IMG/VR virus record: IMGVR_UViG_3300034418_011473 | Location: 1-64,000 of that record | Direction: 5' to 3' (one strand) | Length of the DNA stretch: 64,000 bases | Source of the DNA: a virus | In this document: positions 50,840 through 60,121 of the stretch, one piece after another | Numbering within the stretch: position 1 is the first letter of the stretch | Layout of the letters: each line of letters begins with the position of its first letter | Position numbers and translations under genes: made by a program | Notes under the pieces: generated by a model | Databases searched by the model: none | Told to the model about the DNA's origin: nothing | What the model saw: the letters and a program-made list of their open reading frames with translations, nothing else

Positions 50840-53137
50840 ATGTCTACACCTAAATTAAAGGTCCATTGTTCTTATATAGGAACGACAGGATACAACCATC
50901 ATTCTAGAGATTTTTTTAGAAAATTATCTGAAAAAATTGATTTAAAAATTCGCAATTTTACTATAGGTAAAAATTGGAATTGGCCTAATAATGAACCCCA
51001 TAATGGGGAATCTTATTTAAATAGTTTAGATAAACACCTTTTAACAGAACAAACTTTATGGGTTAATGAAACTGATAGAGAAGAATTTTCTATATATTCT
51101 AAACATGTAAATGAATTTGAACATAATATTGATTTAGTTTTAAATGAAACTAACCACTATTATTTTTACGATTCATATGACAAGCCTAAAATTGCTTATA
51201 ATGTTTGGGAATCTACACTTCAACCCCCTCAGTTTTTTGATAAATTATTAGAATATGATCAAATATGGGTGCCTTCACAATGGCAAGCAGACTGTACTAT
51301 TAATCAAGGAGCAGATCCCTATAAAGTAAAAGTTGTACCTGAAGGTGTAGATGTTAACACTTTTTATCCTGAAGACCCTAAAACAGTTCTAGATTATGTA
51401 GATGGTAGATTTAAATTTATAGTATTTGGAAGATGGGATTATAGAAAATCTACTAAGGAAATCATAGAAACATTCCTTAAAGAATTTGACCCTTCAGAAC
51501 CTGTAGACTTAATTGTTTCTATTGACAATCCCTTTTCAGGAGATGGACATGAAACTACTGAAAAACGTTTAGAACATTATGGTTTTACTGATAAACGTAT
51601 TAAAATAAAGCATTTCCCTTCCAGAGAAGATTATATTACTTATTTAAAAAATGGTCATGTATTTGTATCTTGTGCTCGAAGTGAAGGATGGAATTTACCT
51701 TTAATTGAAGCAATGGCTTGTGGTACCCCTTCAATTTATTCTGCTTGTAGTGGGCAAATGGAATTTGCTGAAGGAAAAGGATTACCTGTAAAAATATTAG
51801 GTGAAAAACCAGTTATGGATGCTGATTATAACCATTTTAACTCTTCAGTAGGTAATTATTATGAACCTGATTTTAAAGATTTGGCTCGTGTAATGAGAGA
51901 TGCTTATAAAAATTATACAGACCATAAAAAACGAGCTATAGAGGAAGCTAAATTAATTCATAGAGATTTTAATTGGGATAAAGTAGCAGAAATAGGAATT
52001 AATACTTTAAAAAATTTTATGACAAATTTAAAGAATGAAATTATTATTAGTTTTGTAGATGGAGCTAGATGTGAAATTAAAGGGCCTTTAGATCAAGATT
52101 ACCAAGTTAAATTTTATAATGATGTTACTAATGAATTAGTTTGGGAAGATACTATTAAAAATAATATGTGGACTGCTCCTAATTATAAATCTTTTATAAA
52201 ATGGAGAATTGAGATTTGGGAAGGTAATAATAAAATTTATGAGCATATTTTAGATTTAACAAATAAAAAAGTTTATATTCATTTGGATAGTAAATCTATA
52301 GGTGATACTTTAGCTTGGTTCCCCTATGTAGAAGAATTTAGAAAAAAACATAACTGTAAAGTAATATGTTCTACATTCCATAATGATTGGTTTAAATCTC
52401 AATACCCTGAAATCCAATTTGTAGGACCTGGTACATCTGTAAGTGATTTATATTCATCCTATGGTATAGGGTGGTACTATGATGAAGATATTTATAGAAA
52501 ATCTAATCATCCTTATGATTTTAAATTTCAACCTCTACAAAAAACAGCAAGTGATATTTTGGGATTAGAATTTAAAGAACTTATTCCTAAAATTAAAAAA
52601 TTACCTTCTTCCCCTATAACAGAAAAATATATAACTATTTCTATTCAATCTACTTGTCAAGCTAAATATTGGAATCACCCAACGGGATGGGAGCAAGTAG
52701 TAAAACACCTCCAAAATAAAGGATATAAGGTAGCAGTTGTAGACCAACATAGAACTTTTGGCACCCAAGGATTTATGAACACCTCTCCCCAATCAGATTA
52801 CCACTTCCATAATAAATCCCTAGAAGAAGTTATGTCTGTAATTAATGGAGCCCAACTTCATATTGGTATAGGATCAGGATTATCCTGGATAGCATGGGCT
52901 TTAAAAACCCCTATAATGTTAATCTCTTCATTTTCTAGACCTTGGTGTGAATTCCAAACTAATTGTTCTAGAATTTATATAGATTCTCCTACATCAGGGT
53001 ATTTTAATACCCATAAAATGGATCCTTCAAATTGGAATTGGTACCCTTTTAAAGAGATAAAATCAATGGAGGATTGGTATGAGATAGAAACTATCACTCC
53101 TGATTTGGTAATTCAAGAAATCGATCGTATATTGTAA
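50840..53137 (+). CDS. two-domain glycosyltransferase: GT4 plus Aah/TibC (autotransporter O-heptosyltransferase)-like
   Basis: GT4: RSEGWNLPLIEAMACG. TibC-like: FVDGAR, SIGDTLAWFPY.E.F...H.C, QSTCQAKYWN...GW..V..HL...GY, GIGSGLSWIAWA...P..LIS.FS. Confidence 0.88.
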   Translation: MSTPKLKVHCSYIGTTGYNHHSRDFFRKLSEKIDLKIRNFTIGKNWNWPNNEPHNGESYLNSLDKHLLTEQTLWVNETDREEFSIYSKHVNEFEHNIDLVLNETNHYYFYDSYDKPKIAYNVWESTLQPPQFFDKLLEYDQIWVPSQWQADCTINQGADPYKVKVVPEGVDVNTFYPEDPKTVLDYVDGRFKFIVFGRWDYRKSTKEIIETFLKEFDPSEPVDLIVSIDNPFSGDGHETTEKRLEHYGFTDKRIKIKHFPSREDYITYLKNGHVFVSCARSEGWNLPLIEAMACGTPSIYSACSGQMEFAEGKGLPVKILGEKPVMDADYNHFNSSVGNYYEPDFKDLARVMRDAYKNYTDHKKRAIEEAKLIHRDFNWDKVAEIGINTLKNFMTNLKNEIIISFVDGARCEIKGPLDQDYQVKFYNDVTNELVWEDTIKNNMWTAPNYKSFIKWRIEIWEGNNKIYEHILDLTNKKVYIHLDSKSIGDTLAWFPYVEEFRKKHNCKVICSTFHNDWFKSQYPEIQFVGPGTSVSDLYSSYGIGWYYDEDIYRKSNHPYDFKFQPLQKTASDILGLEFKELIPKIKKLPSSPITEKYITISIQSTCQAKYWNHPTGWEQVVKHLQNKGYKVAVVDQHRTFGTQGFMNTSPQSDYHFHNKSLEEVMSVINGAQLHIGIGSGLSWIAWALKTPIMLISSFSRPWCEFQTNCSRIYIDSPTSGYFNTHKMDPSNWNWYPFKEIKSMEDWYEIETITPDLVIQEIDRIL
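53104..53133 (+). promoter_or_regulatory. Bacteroidota-type sigma70 promoter candidate
   Basis: TTTG-N20-TATATT, within the end of the GT gene and just before the PolA GTG. Confidence 0.55.
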
Positions 53138-53138
53138 T

Positions 53139-54386
53139 GTGTTTTGGCTTATAGAAAATAAAGAACAATTACAAGAATTTAGGGAAAAGAAGTTCAAGAA
53201 AGTATTCATTGAACCTCTTTTTTCTAATGATAACATACACCCCCACTTAAGGGGGATAGTAGGATTCTATATTAGAGAAATTAATTATAGAAAAGGATTT
53301 ATTATTAATATAAACCATAGTGAGGCAACAAGTTGTGAATTAGATGAAGTATTAAACCTAATAGGAGAATTTAAAGAAATATTTGTAAGAGATAAGAAAG
53401 AATTTTTACACATAATCCCACTTAAGCAGCTTAGTGACACCCATTTCATCTCTCCTACAGATATCCCAGACTCATTTCCTTGTCATGATTTTTTCTATAG
53501 GAAATACCCCCAAATAGCCAATATAGGTAGCATAATTCCAATTGTAAAGCATTATGAACGTTGTGAAACGATATTTCACGCGGTTAAACATGTGTTTACT
53601 ATGGAGAAACCACCACACTTTGAGTTCTATAATAACAGAGCTACAAATGTGTTTTATTGGATCGAATCGGAGGGACTTAAAGTAGATCCTAAGTTATTTG
53701 AGGAACACTTTGGGGTAGAACGAGATTGGACTTACTCACAATTTAATTTAAAAACTACTACTACGAGACCTTCAAACTCATTTGGGGGAATTAATTATGC
53801 TGCTTTAGATAAAAAATCGGGTTGTAGAGAAGCGTTTATTCCCGATAATGATTTCCTAATGGAGATTGATATTAGCGCTTATCATCCTACTTTGGCTGCT
53901 CAACTTGTAGATTATGAGTTTGAGCATGAGGACATACACCAAGCATTTGCTGATATGTACGGAGTAGATTATAAGAAAGCTAAGGAGCTTACGTTCAAAC
54001 AATTATATGGAGGAGTATTTAAGGAGTATAAGAATTTAGAATTCTTTAAACGAGTAGAAAAATATATAGATGATATAAGTAGTAAGAAAGAATACGTTTG
54101 CAAGTCTGGATACGTTTTTAAAACAGATATGAAAAAACAGAAGTTGTTTAATTACATACTTCAAAATACAGAAACGTATTATAATGTACTTATTCTAGAG
54201 AAGATAATCCGTATACTTAAAAACAGTAAAACTAGGATTATACACTATACTTATGATTCGTTTTTGTTAGATGTAGATAAAGGTGAACGAGATGTAGTTG
54301 AATTAATAATAGATATTTTTAAGGGATATAACTTTAATACTAAAGTAGAGGTGGGACATAACTATGACGCTTTAGAGAAAGTGTAA
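53139..54386 (+). CDS. short divergent family A DNA polymerase-like protein
   Basis: TTTRPSN, REAFIP..DFLMEIDISAY (motif A), KAKELTFKQLYGG (motif B), FNYILQ, YTYDSFLLD (motif C); 415 aa. Confidence 0.8.
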   Translation: MFWLIENKEQLQEFREKKFKKVFIEPLFSNDNIHPHLRGIVGFYIREINYRKGFIININHSEATSCELDEVLNLIGEFKEIFVRDKKEFLHIIPLKQLSDTHFISPTDIPDSFPCHDFFYRKYPQIANIGSIIPIVKHYERCETIFHAVKHVFTMEKPPHFEFYNNRATNVFYWIESEGLKVDPKLFEEHFGVERDWTYSQFNLKTTTTRPSNSFGGINYAALDKKSGCREAFIPDNDFLMEIDISAYHPTLAAQLVDYEFEHEDIHQAFADMYGVDYKKAKELTFKQLYGGVFKEYKNLEFFKRVEKYIDDISSKKEYVCKSGYVFKTDMKKQKLFNYILQNTETYYNVLILEKIIRILKNSKTRIIHYTYDSFLLDVDKGERDVVELIIDIFKGYNFNTKVEVGHNYDALEKV

Positions 54387-54393
54387 TATTTAT
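54386..54393 (+). promoter_or_regulatory. ATATTTAT motif
   Basis: 15 nt before ATG 54409. Confidence 0.55.
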
Positions 54394-54408
54394 ATCCAAA
54401 CCTAGCAC

Positions 54409-54795
54409 ATGAAAAATAAGCTATTTTGTACCTTTACTTCTTTGGAAGATTTGGAGAGAACGCTGGTAGAGGTAAAGTCTAGCTACGATATACTCTATAA
54501 AAAAATATTTGTTTTATATATAAAAAGTAGTGATGAGTACGTTTGTACTTATAACGTAGAGCCGTCAAGCGTAGAGGAGATTTTACCCAATACTATCTTA
54601 GTTCATAGAAAAAAAGAATCAAACACATTATACACTATAAATGCTCTTAACGAGCTTATAAAATTGCTGAATAGTGGAGTAGTTGATGTACGATATAAAG
54701 TTAACTGGCAACACTATCGTAACACTATTTTACTTACCCAGCACAATGAATTGAAACAATTAAAGACAAAGATTCATCAGATTCTTGAGCTTTAA
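54409..54795 (+). CDS. hypothetical protein in replication cluster
   Basis: 128-aa ORF between PolA and SSB. Confidence 0.7.
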   Translation: MKNKLFCTFTSLEDLERTLVEVKSSYDILYKKIFVLYIKSSDEYVCTYNVEPSSVEEILPNTILVHRKKESNTLYTINALNELIKLLNSGVVDVRYKVNWQHYRNTILLTQHNELKQLKTKIHQILEL

Positions 54796-54828
54796 TTTGG
54801 GATCCTGAGATAGGGTTCTTATATTTAT
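54796..54828 (+). promoter_or_regulatory. composite site: TTTG-N20-TATATTTA overlapping ATATTTAT
   Basis: Both motif classes coincide upstream of the SSB gene. Confidence 0.6.
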
Positions 54829-54859
54829 CAAAAAGTTTTATTTTTAAATTAGTTACATT

Positions 54860-55642
54860 ATGGATTTAAATGCTATTCGTAGTAAGCTGAACTCCTTGCA
54901 GCAAACAAACAAAGGAGGAAATCAAAACAGCACTAGCTTGTTTTGGAAACCGAGTGTTGGGAAACAGGTAATTCGTATCGTTCCCAATAAGTTTAACAAA
55001 GCTAACCCTTTTACAGAAGTGTATTTCCACTATGGAATTGGTGAGCGCACAATGATTTCACCTATTAATTATGGTGAAAAAGATCCAATTGCTGAGTTTG
55101 CGAAGCAGCTTCGTACAACTAGTGATAAGGAAAATTGGCGTTTGGCAAAGCAGCTCGATCCTAAGATGCGAGTGTTTGTTCCTGTAATTGTGCGTGGTGA
55201 AGAGGACCAAGGTGTTAAACTTTGGCAGTTTGGTAAGAATACTTACCTCGAATTCCTTTCACTTGCTGATGATGATGATATTGGTGATTACACTGACATC
55301 CATCAGGGACGTGACATTACAGTAGACACAGTTGGTCCTGACGTTACAGGTACTGCTTATAACAAGTCTTCTGTACGTGTTAAGACTAAGCAAACACCAC
55401 TTGGTGAAGCTGATCAAATTCAAAAATGGTTAGATGAACAAGCTAACCCACTTGAAGTATTTAAGCGTTATTCATTTGAAGAAATGAAAGACAACCTTCA
55501 GAAGTTCTTGACTCCTGAAGATACTCAAGAAGAAGAAAGCGACGATCTCCCTTTTGATAAAGGGGAGTCCCAAAACAATTACGCTCTTAAGACTCCCCAA
55601 AAAGAGAGCAAGGTTGATAAATTCGATGAATTGTTTAGCTAA
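54860..55642 (+). CDS. single-stranded DNA-binding protein (gp32-like)
   Basis: FWKP..G...IRIVP, GVKLWQFGK, D...GRDI, acidic tail; adjacent to the recombinase. Confidence 0.8.
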   Translation: MDLNAIRSKLNSLQQTNKGGNQNSTSLFWKPSVGKQVIRIVPNKFNKANPFTEVYFHYGIGERTMISPINYGEKDPIAEFAKQLRTTSDKENWRLAKQLDPKMRVFVPVIVRGEEDQGVKLWQFGKNTYLEFLSLADDDDIGDYTDIHQGRDITVDTVGPDVTGTAYNKSSVRVKTKQTPLGEADQIQKWLDEQANPLEVFKRYSFEEMKDNLQKFLTPEDTQEEESDDLPFDKGESQNNYALKTPQKESKVDKFDELFS

Positions 55643-56721
55643 TGCCTAGAGGAAAGAAAGCATCATTAACGGAGGCTGTCTCTAAGGAACTTAAGGCAAA
55701 TTTTGATTTGTCTAAGTTTAAGGAGAAAAAAATGCTTAATGCTAATGCTAAGTTTAAGCCCCAACAATGGATTCCACTTTCCCAAGCATTCCAGGATGTA
55801 ACTTCAATCCCTGGCATACCTGCAGGACATATTGTTTTGCTAAGAGGCCATTCTGATACCGGTAAGACAACCGCCTTAATTGAGGCGGCTGTCTCCGGTC
55901 AGAAAAGAGGTATTCTCCCTGTGTTTATTATCACAGAGATGAAATGGAGTTGGGAACATGCTAAAATGATGGGTCTTGAAATCAATGAAATAGTTGATGA
56001 AGAGACAGGTGAAATTACGGACTATAATGGTAACTTTATTTATGTAGATAGAGAAACTATTAATTCTATTGAAGACGTAGCAGCGTTTATTTTAGATTTG
56101 ATTGATGAACAAAAGAAAGGTAACCTACCTTATGACTTATTGTTCTTGTGGGATTCAATTGGTTCAGTACCATGCGAAATGTCACTCAAATCAAACAAAA
56201 ATAATAATGAATGGAATGCTGGCGCTATGTCTACCCAATTTGGTAATAATGTAAATCAGCGTATTGTTCTCTCGCGTAAAGAAAGCAGTCCATACACTAA
56301 TACACTAGTGTGTATTAATAAGGTGTGGACACTTAAACCTGAATCACCTATGGGTCAACCCAAGTTGATGAATAAAGGTGGATACGCTATGTGGTTTGAT
56401 TCAACATTTGTAGTAACATTTGGTAATGTAATGTCTGCAGGTACATCTAAAATTAAAGCAATTAAAGATGGTAAACAGGTAGAATTTGCTAAACGCACTA
56501 ATGTTCAGATTGATAAAAACCACATTAATGGAGTTACTACCAGAGGTAAAATTGTTATGACACCTCATGGGTTTATTAATGATAATGATAAAGAAATTAA
56601 AACCTACAAAGATGCCCATGCAGAAGCTTGGAGAGATATCTTAGGAGGTATTGATTTTGATATCATGGAAGAAGATCAAGAAGTACAAGACATTACTTCA
56701 TTCGAAAAAGAACCTGAATAA
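55642..56721 (+). CDS. RecA/UvsX-like recombinase
   Basis: GIPAGHI..LRGHSDTGKT, WDSIGS, INKVW, KGG. Confidence 0.85.
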   Translation: MPRGKKASLTEAVSKELKANFDLSKFKEKKMLNANAKFKPQQWIPLSQAFQDVTSIPGIPAGHIVLLRGHSDTGKTTALIEAAVSGQKRGILPVFIITEMKWSWEHAKMMGLEINEIVDEETGEITDYNGNFIYVDRETINSIEDVAAFILDLIDEQKKGNLPYDLLFLWDSIGSVPCEMSLKSNKNNNEWNAGAMSTQFGNNVNQRIVLSRKESSPYTNTLVCINKVWTLKPESPMGQPKLMNKGGYAMWFDSTFVVTFGNVMSAGTSKIKAIKDGKQVEFAKRTNVQIDKNHINGVTTRGKIVMTPHGFINDNDKEIKTYKDAHAEAWRDILGGIDFDIMEEDQEVQDITSFEKEPE

Positions 56722-57752
56722 TGATTAAGAAAGATTATCTAAAGATGCTCAATAACCTTGAGCAAGGGGAAAGTTCAACTAAACCTGGGCAACACGAAAG
56801 AGTTATTTTTATAGATGGCCTTAACCTGTTTTTACGAAACTTTGCTATATTAAATTTTGTTAATGGAAGTGGTAATCACATTGGGGGTTTAGCTGGCTTT
56901 CTCCGTTCTTTAGGTGCTTTAATAAATCAAATACAACCAACCTCAATATATATCGTGTTCGACGGAGTGGGTGCCTCCACTAACAGGAGGTACCTACTTC
57001 CCGAATACAAAACAGGTAGGAATATAAACCGAATTACAAATTGGGATATTTTTGAAAATGTTGATGACGAAAATGACGCTAAAGTAGATCAAATTATTCG
57101 TCTAATTCAATACCTAAAATGTCTCCCAGTTAAAGTAGTATCAATAGACAAAGTAGAAGCAGATGACATTATAGCCTATATGTCTAAGGATATGACTAAA
57201 CGTTTTAATACAAAGTCGTATATTGTTTCTAGTGACAGGGATTTCCTCCAATTGGTAGATGATAACATTACTGTTTATCGTCCAATAGAAAGGGAATTTT
57301 ACGACATTGCTACTGTAAAACAAAAATTTGGTATTGTCCCTGAAAACTTTATTCATTATAAAGTATTATTAGGGGATGCTTCCGATAAAGTACCTGGTAT
57401 TAAAGGGTTAGGTAAAAAGGGTGTACTTAAACGATTTCCTGAACTAGCAGATGGTCCTATGCCATTTGATAGATTATTTGATTTAAGTGAGGAACGACTC
57501 AAGGAAAGTGTAGTATATGCACGAGTAATTCAAGATTGGGACAAGCTTCTAAATACTAAAAAAATTATGGATTTGGAAATTCCAATGGTATCAGAAGAAG
57601 AAAAGGAATACCTTTCACAATTACCCTTGGAACAACTCAATGAATTACGTATCTTGGAGTTTATGAGTTTATATAGTGAAGATGGGTTAAACCATCTCAT
57701 TAAGAATACAGAGTTTTGGTTAAAAGATACATTCACACGATTAATATATTAA
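56721..57752 (+). CDS. 5'-3' exonuclease/flap endonuclease (T4 RNase H-like)
   Basis: IDGLN, VFDG, EYK, EADDII, SSDRDFLQL, GDASD.VPGIKGLG. Confidence 0.92.
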   Translation: MIKKDYLKMLNNLEQGESSTKPGQHERVIFIDGLNLFLRNFAILNFVNGSGNHIGGLAGFLRSLGALINQIQPTSIYIVFDGVGASTNRRYLLPEYKTGRNINRITNWDIFENVDDENDAKVDQIIRLIQYLKCLPVKVVSIDKVEADDIIAYMSKDMTKRFNTKSYIVSSDRDFLQLVDDNITVYRPIEREFYDIATVKQKFGIVPENFIHYKVLLGDASDKVPGIKGLGKKGVLKRFPELADGPMPFDRLFDLSEERLKESVVYARVIQDWDKLLNTKKIMDLEIPMVSEEEKEYLSQLPLEQLNELRILEFMSLYSEDGLNHLIKNTEFWLKDTFTRLIY

Positions 57753-57756
57753 GGTT

Positions 57757-59118
57757 TTGACATTAAATTCTCTTGCGACATACGGTACATCATTTCAAAT
57801 AAAAGTATTATCATCACTCCTTACACATAAGGAGTTTCTTCAAAATATACATGATGTATTAAGTGAAGAATATTTTGATAATAATGCCCATAAGTGGATT
57901 ATTGGGCAAATTCTAGATTATTATGAAAAATACCATACAACACCAACAATGGAGGTGTTGAAGGTAGAAATGAAAAAGGTTGAAAATGAAGTACTTCAAC
58001 TTTCAATCAAAGAACAACTTAGAGAGGCCTACCAGGCATCTAATGAAGATTTAGAATATGTTGAAAAGGAATTTTCTTCATTTTGTAAAAATCAACAATT
58101 AAAAAAAGCCCTACTTAACTCAGTAGACTTACTCAACTCAGGTGATTTTGAATCTATTAGAGGATTAATTGATAATGCTTTAAAAGCAGGTGCTGAAAAA
58201 AATATAGGACATGAATATATTAAAGATACAGAAGCTCGTTACCGAGAAGAAGCAAGAACTATTGTACCAACCCCTTGGGGTAAATTTAATGATCTTATGC
58301 AGGGGGGTCTGGGTAACGGAGATTTTGGTCTTATATTTGGTAACCCTGGAGGTGGTAAGTCGTGGACTTTGGTCGCGCTTGGCGGGTATGCTGTAAAGAT
58401 GGGTTATAATGTAGTGCACTATACTTTAGAACTTGGCGAAGATTATGTAGGGCGACGCTACGATGCATTTTTCACAGGTAAGCCAGTAGATACACTATTT
58501 AAAAATAGAGAACGAATTGAAGAAATAGTTAAAGAACTCCCAGGCCAACTTATTATTAAGGAATATGCTCCAGGACAAGCAACTATTAATACACTTCGTT
58601 CACACTTACAAAAATGTGAAGACTTAACCTTCAAACCTGATTTAGTTATTATTGATTATGTAGATCTTCTTTCATCAAAGAAACGAGTTAATGATAGAAA
58701 AGGAGAAATAGATGATATTTATCTAAGCACTAAAGGTCTTGCTAAAGAGTTACAATTGCCTGTTTGGTCTGTTTCCCAAGTAAATAGAGCAGGGGCAAAA
58801 GATGACGTAATTGAAGGTGATAAAGCTGCTGGCAGTTATGACAAAATCATGATTACCGACATAGCGATATCTCTTTCACGTAAAAAAGAGGATAAAGTAA
58901 ATGGCACAGGTAGATTCCACATTATGAAAAATAGATACGGAATGGATGGAATGACATTCTCAGTAGTAGCAGACACATCTACTGGCCATTTTGAAGTTAC
59001 GGATCACCATTTTGATGATAGTGATAGTCCTCGTCCTGTTCAACAGATTGAAGGTACAAATTTAACTACTTTAGATCGAGACGTTTTAGCGCAACAATTT
59101 TTTCAATTAAACACTTAA
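57757..59118 (+). CDS. DnaB-like replicative helicase (gp41-like)
   Basis: GNPGGGKS, YTLE, IIDYVD, SQVNR, MKNRYG; TTG start. Confidence 0.92.
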   Translation: MTLNSLATYGTSFQIKVLSSLLTHKEFLQNIHDVLSEEYFDNNAHKWIIGQILDYYEKYHTTPTMEVLKVEMKKVENEVLQLSIKEQLREAYQASNEDLEYVEKEFSSFCKNQQLKKALLNSVDLLNSGDFESIRGLIDNALKAGAEKNIGHEYIKDTEARYREEARTIVPTPWGKFNDLMQGGLGNGDFGLIFGNPGGGKSWTLVALGGYAVKMGYNVVHYTLELGEDYVGRRYDAFFTGKPVDTLFKNRERIEEIVKELPGQLIIKEYAPGQATINTLRSHLQKCEDLTFKPDLVIIDYVDLLSSKKRVNDRKGEIDDIYLSTKGLAKELQLPVWSVSQVNRAGAKDDVIEGDKAAGSYDKIMITDIAISLSRKKEDKVNGTGRFHIMKNRYGMDGMTFSVVADTSTGHFEVTDHHFDDSDSPRPVQQIEGTNLTTLDRDVLAQQFFQLNT

Positions 59119-59134
59119 AAACAATAAACTGAGA

Positions 59135-60118
59135 ATGTCTAAAAGTAATTTACTTACGGAAAGGGTCGTCTATAAACCCTTTGAATACCCAAAAGCCCAT
59201 GAATATTGGCTTAAACAACAACAAGCGCACTGGTTACATACTGAGGTGCCTATGATGAGTGATATTAATGATTGGAAACAAAACTTAAACGAAACTGAAA
59301 AAAATATTATTGGCTCTATCCTAAAGGGATTTGCCCAAACTGAAACAGTAGTAAATGATTACTGGAGTGGTTTGGTAACTAAATGGTTTCGAAAGCCTGA
59401 AATAATAATGATGGCAACTACATTTGGTGCCTTTGAAACAATACATGCTGAAGCATACTCACTATTAAATGAAGAACTTGGACTCGACGACTTTAGCGAA
59501 TTTCTCGAAGACGAAACTACAATGGCAAAGATTGAAAACCTTATGTCAGTTAGGGATAGTTTTAATGGCGAAAAGGATTGGCACGAAATTGCCAAATCAC
59601 TCGCAATATTCTCAGCATTCACAGAAGGAGTTAACCTCTTTTCATCTTTCGCCATACTACTCTCTTTTAAGATGCGAAACAAACTTAAGGGAGTGGGTCA
59701 AATTGTTGAATGGAGTATTAGAGACGAAAGTATGCACTCCGAAGCGGGATGTTGGTTATTTAGAACACTTATCGAGGAAAACCCGGAGCTCAACACTCCA
59801 GAGCTCAAAACCGCGATAACAGAAGCAGCCCTTCTTTCATTACAACTTGAATTAGACTTTATTGAAAAAGTTTATGAGTTAGGTGACCTTGAAGGATGTG
59901 CTAAAGAAGATTTAATTTCATTTATTAAAAATCGAGTCAATACAAAAATGAGTGACTTAGGTTACGAAGGAGTAGTTAATGGAATTGATCCTAATGCTCT
60001 TAAGAGAATGAAATGGTTTGATTCTTTATCAGCAGGAAAACAACATACCGACTTCTTTGCATCAAGGGTAACTAATTATTCTAAGGGAACAAAACAGTGG
60101 GATGAATCAATATTTTAA
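59135..60118 (+). CDS. nrdB: ribonucleotide reductase class I beta subunit
   Basis: YKPFEYP, ETIHAEAY, EGVNLFSSF, RDESMH, DFF. Confidence 0.95.
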   Translation: MSKSNLLTERVVYKPFEYPKAHEYWLKQQQAHWLHTEVPMMSDINDWKQNLNETEKNIIGSILKGFAQTETVVNDYWSGLVTKWFRKPEIIMMATTFGAFETIHAEAYSLLNEELGLDDFSEFLEDETTMAKIENLMSVRDSFNGEKDWHEIAKSLAIFSAFTEGVNLFSSFAILLSFKMRNKLKGVGQIVEWSIRDESMHSEAGCWLFRTLIEENPELNTPELKTAITEAALLSLQLELDFIEKVYELGDLEGCAKEDLISFIKNRVNTKMSDLGYEGVVNGIDPNALKRMKWFDSLSAGKQHTDFFASRVTNYSKGTKQWDESIF

Positions 60119-60121
60119 ATT

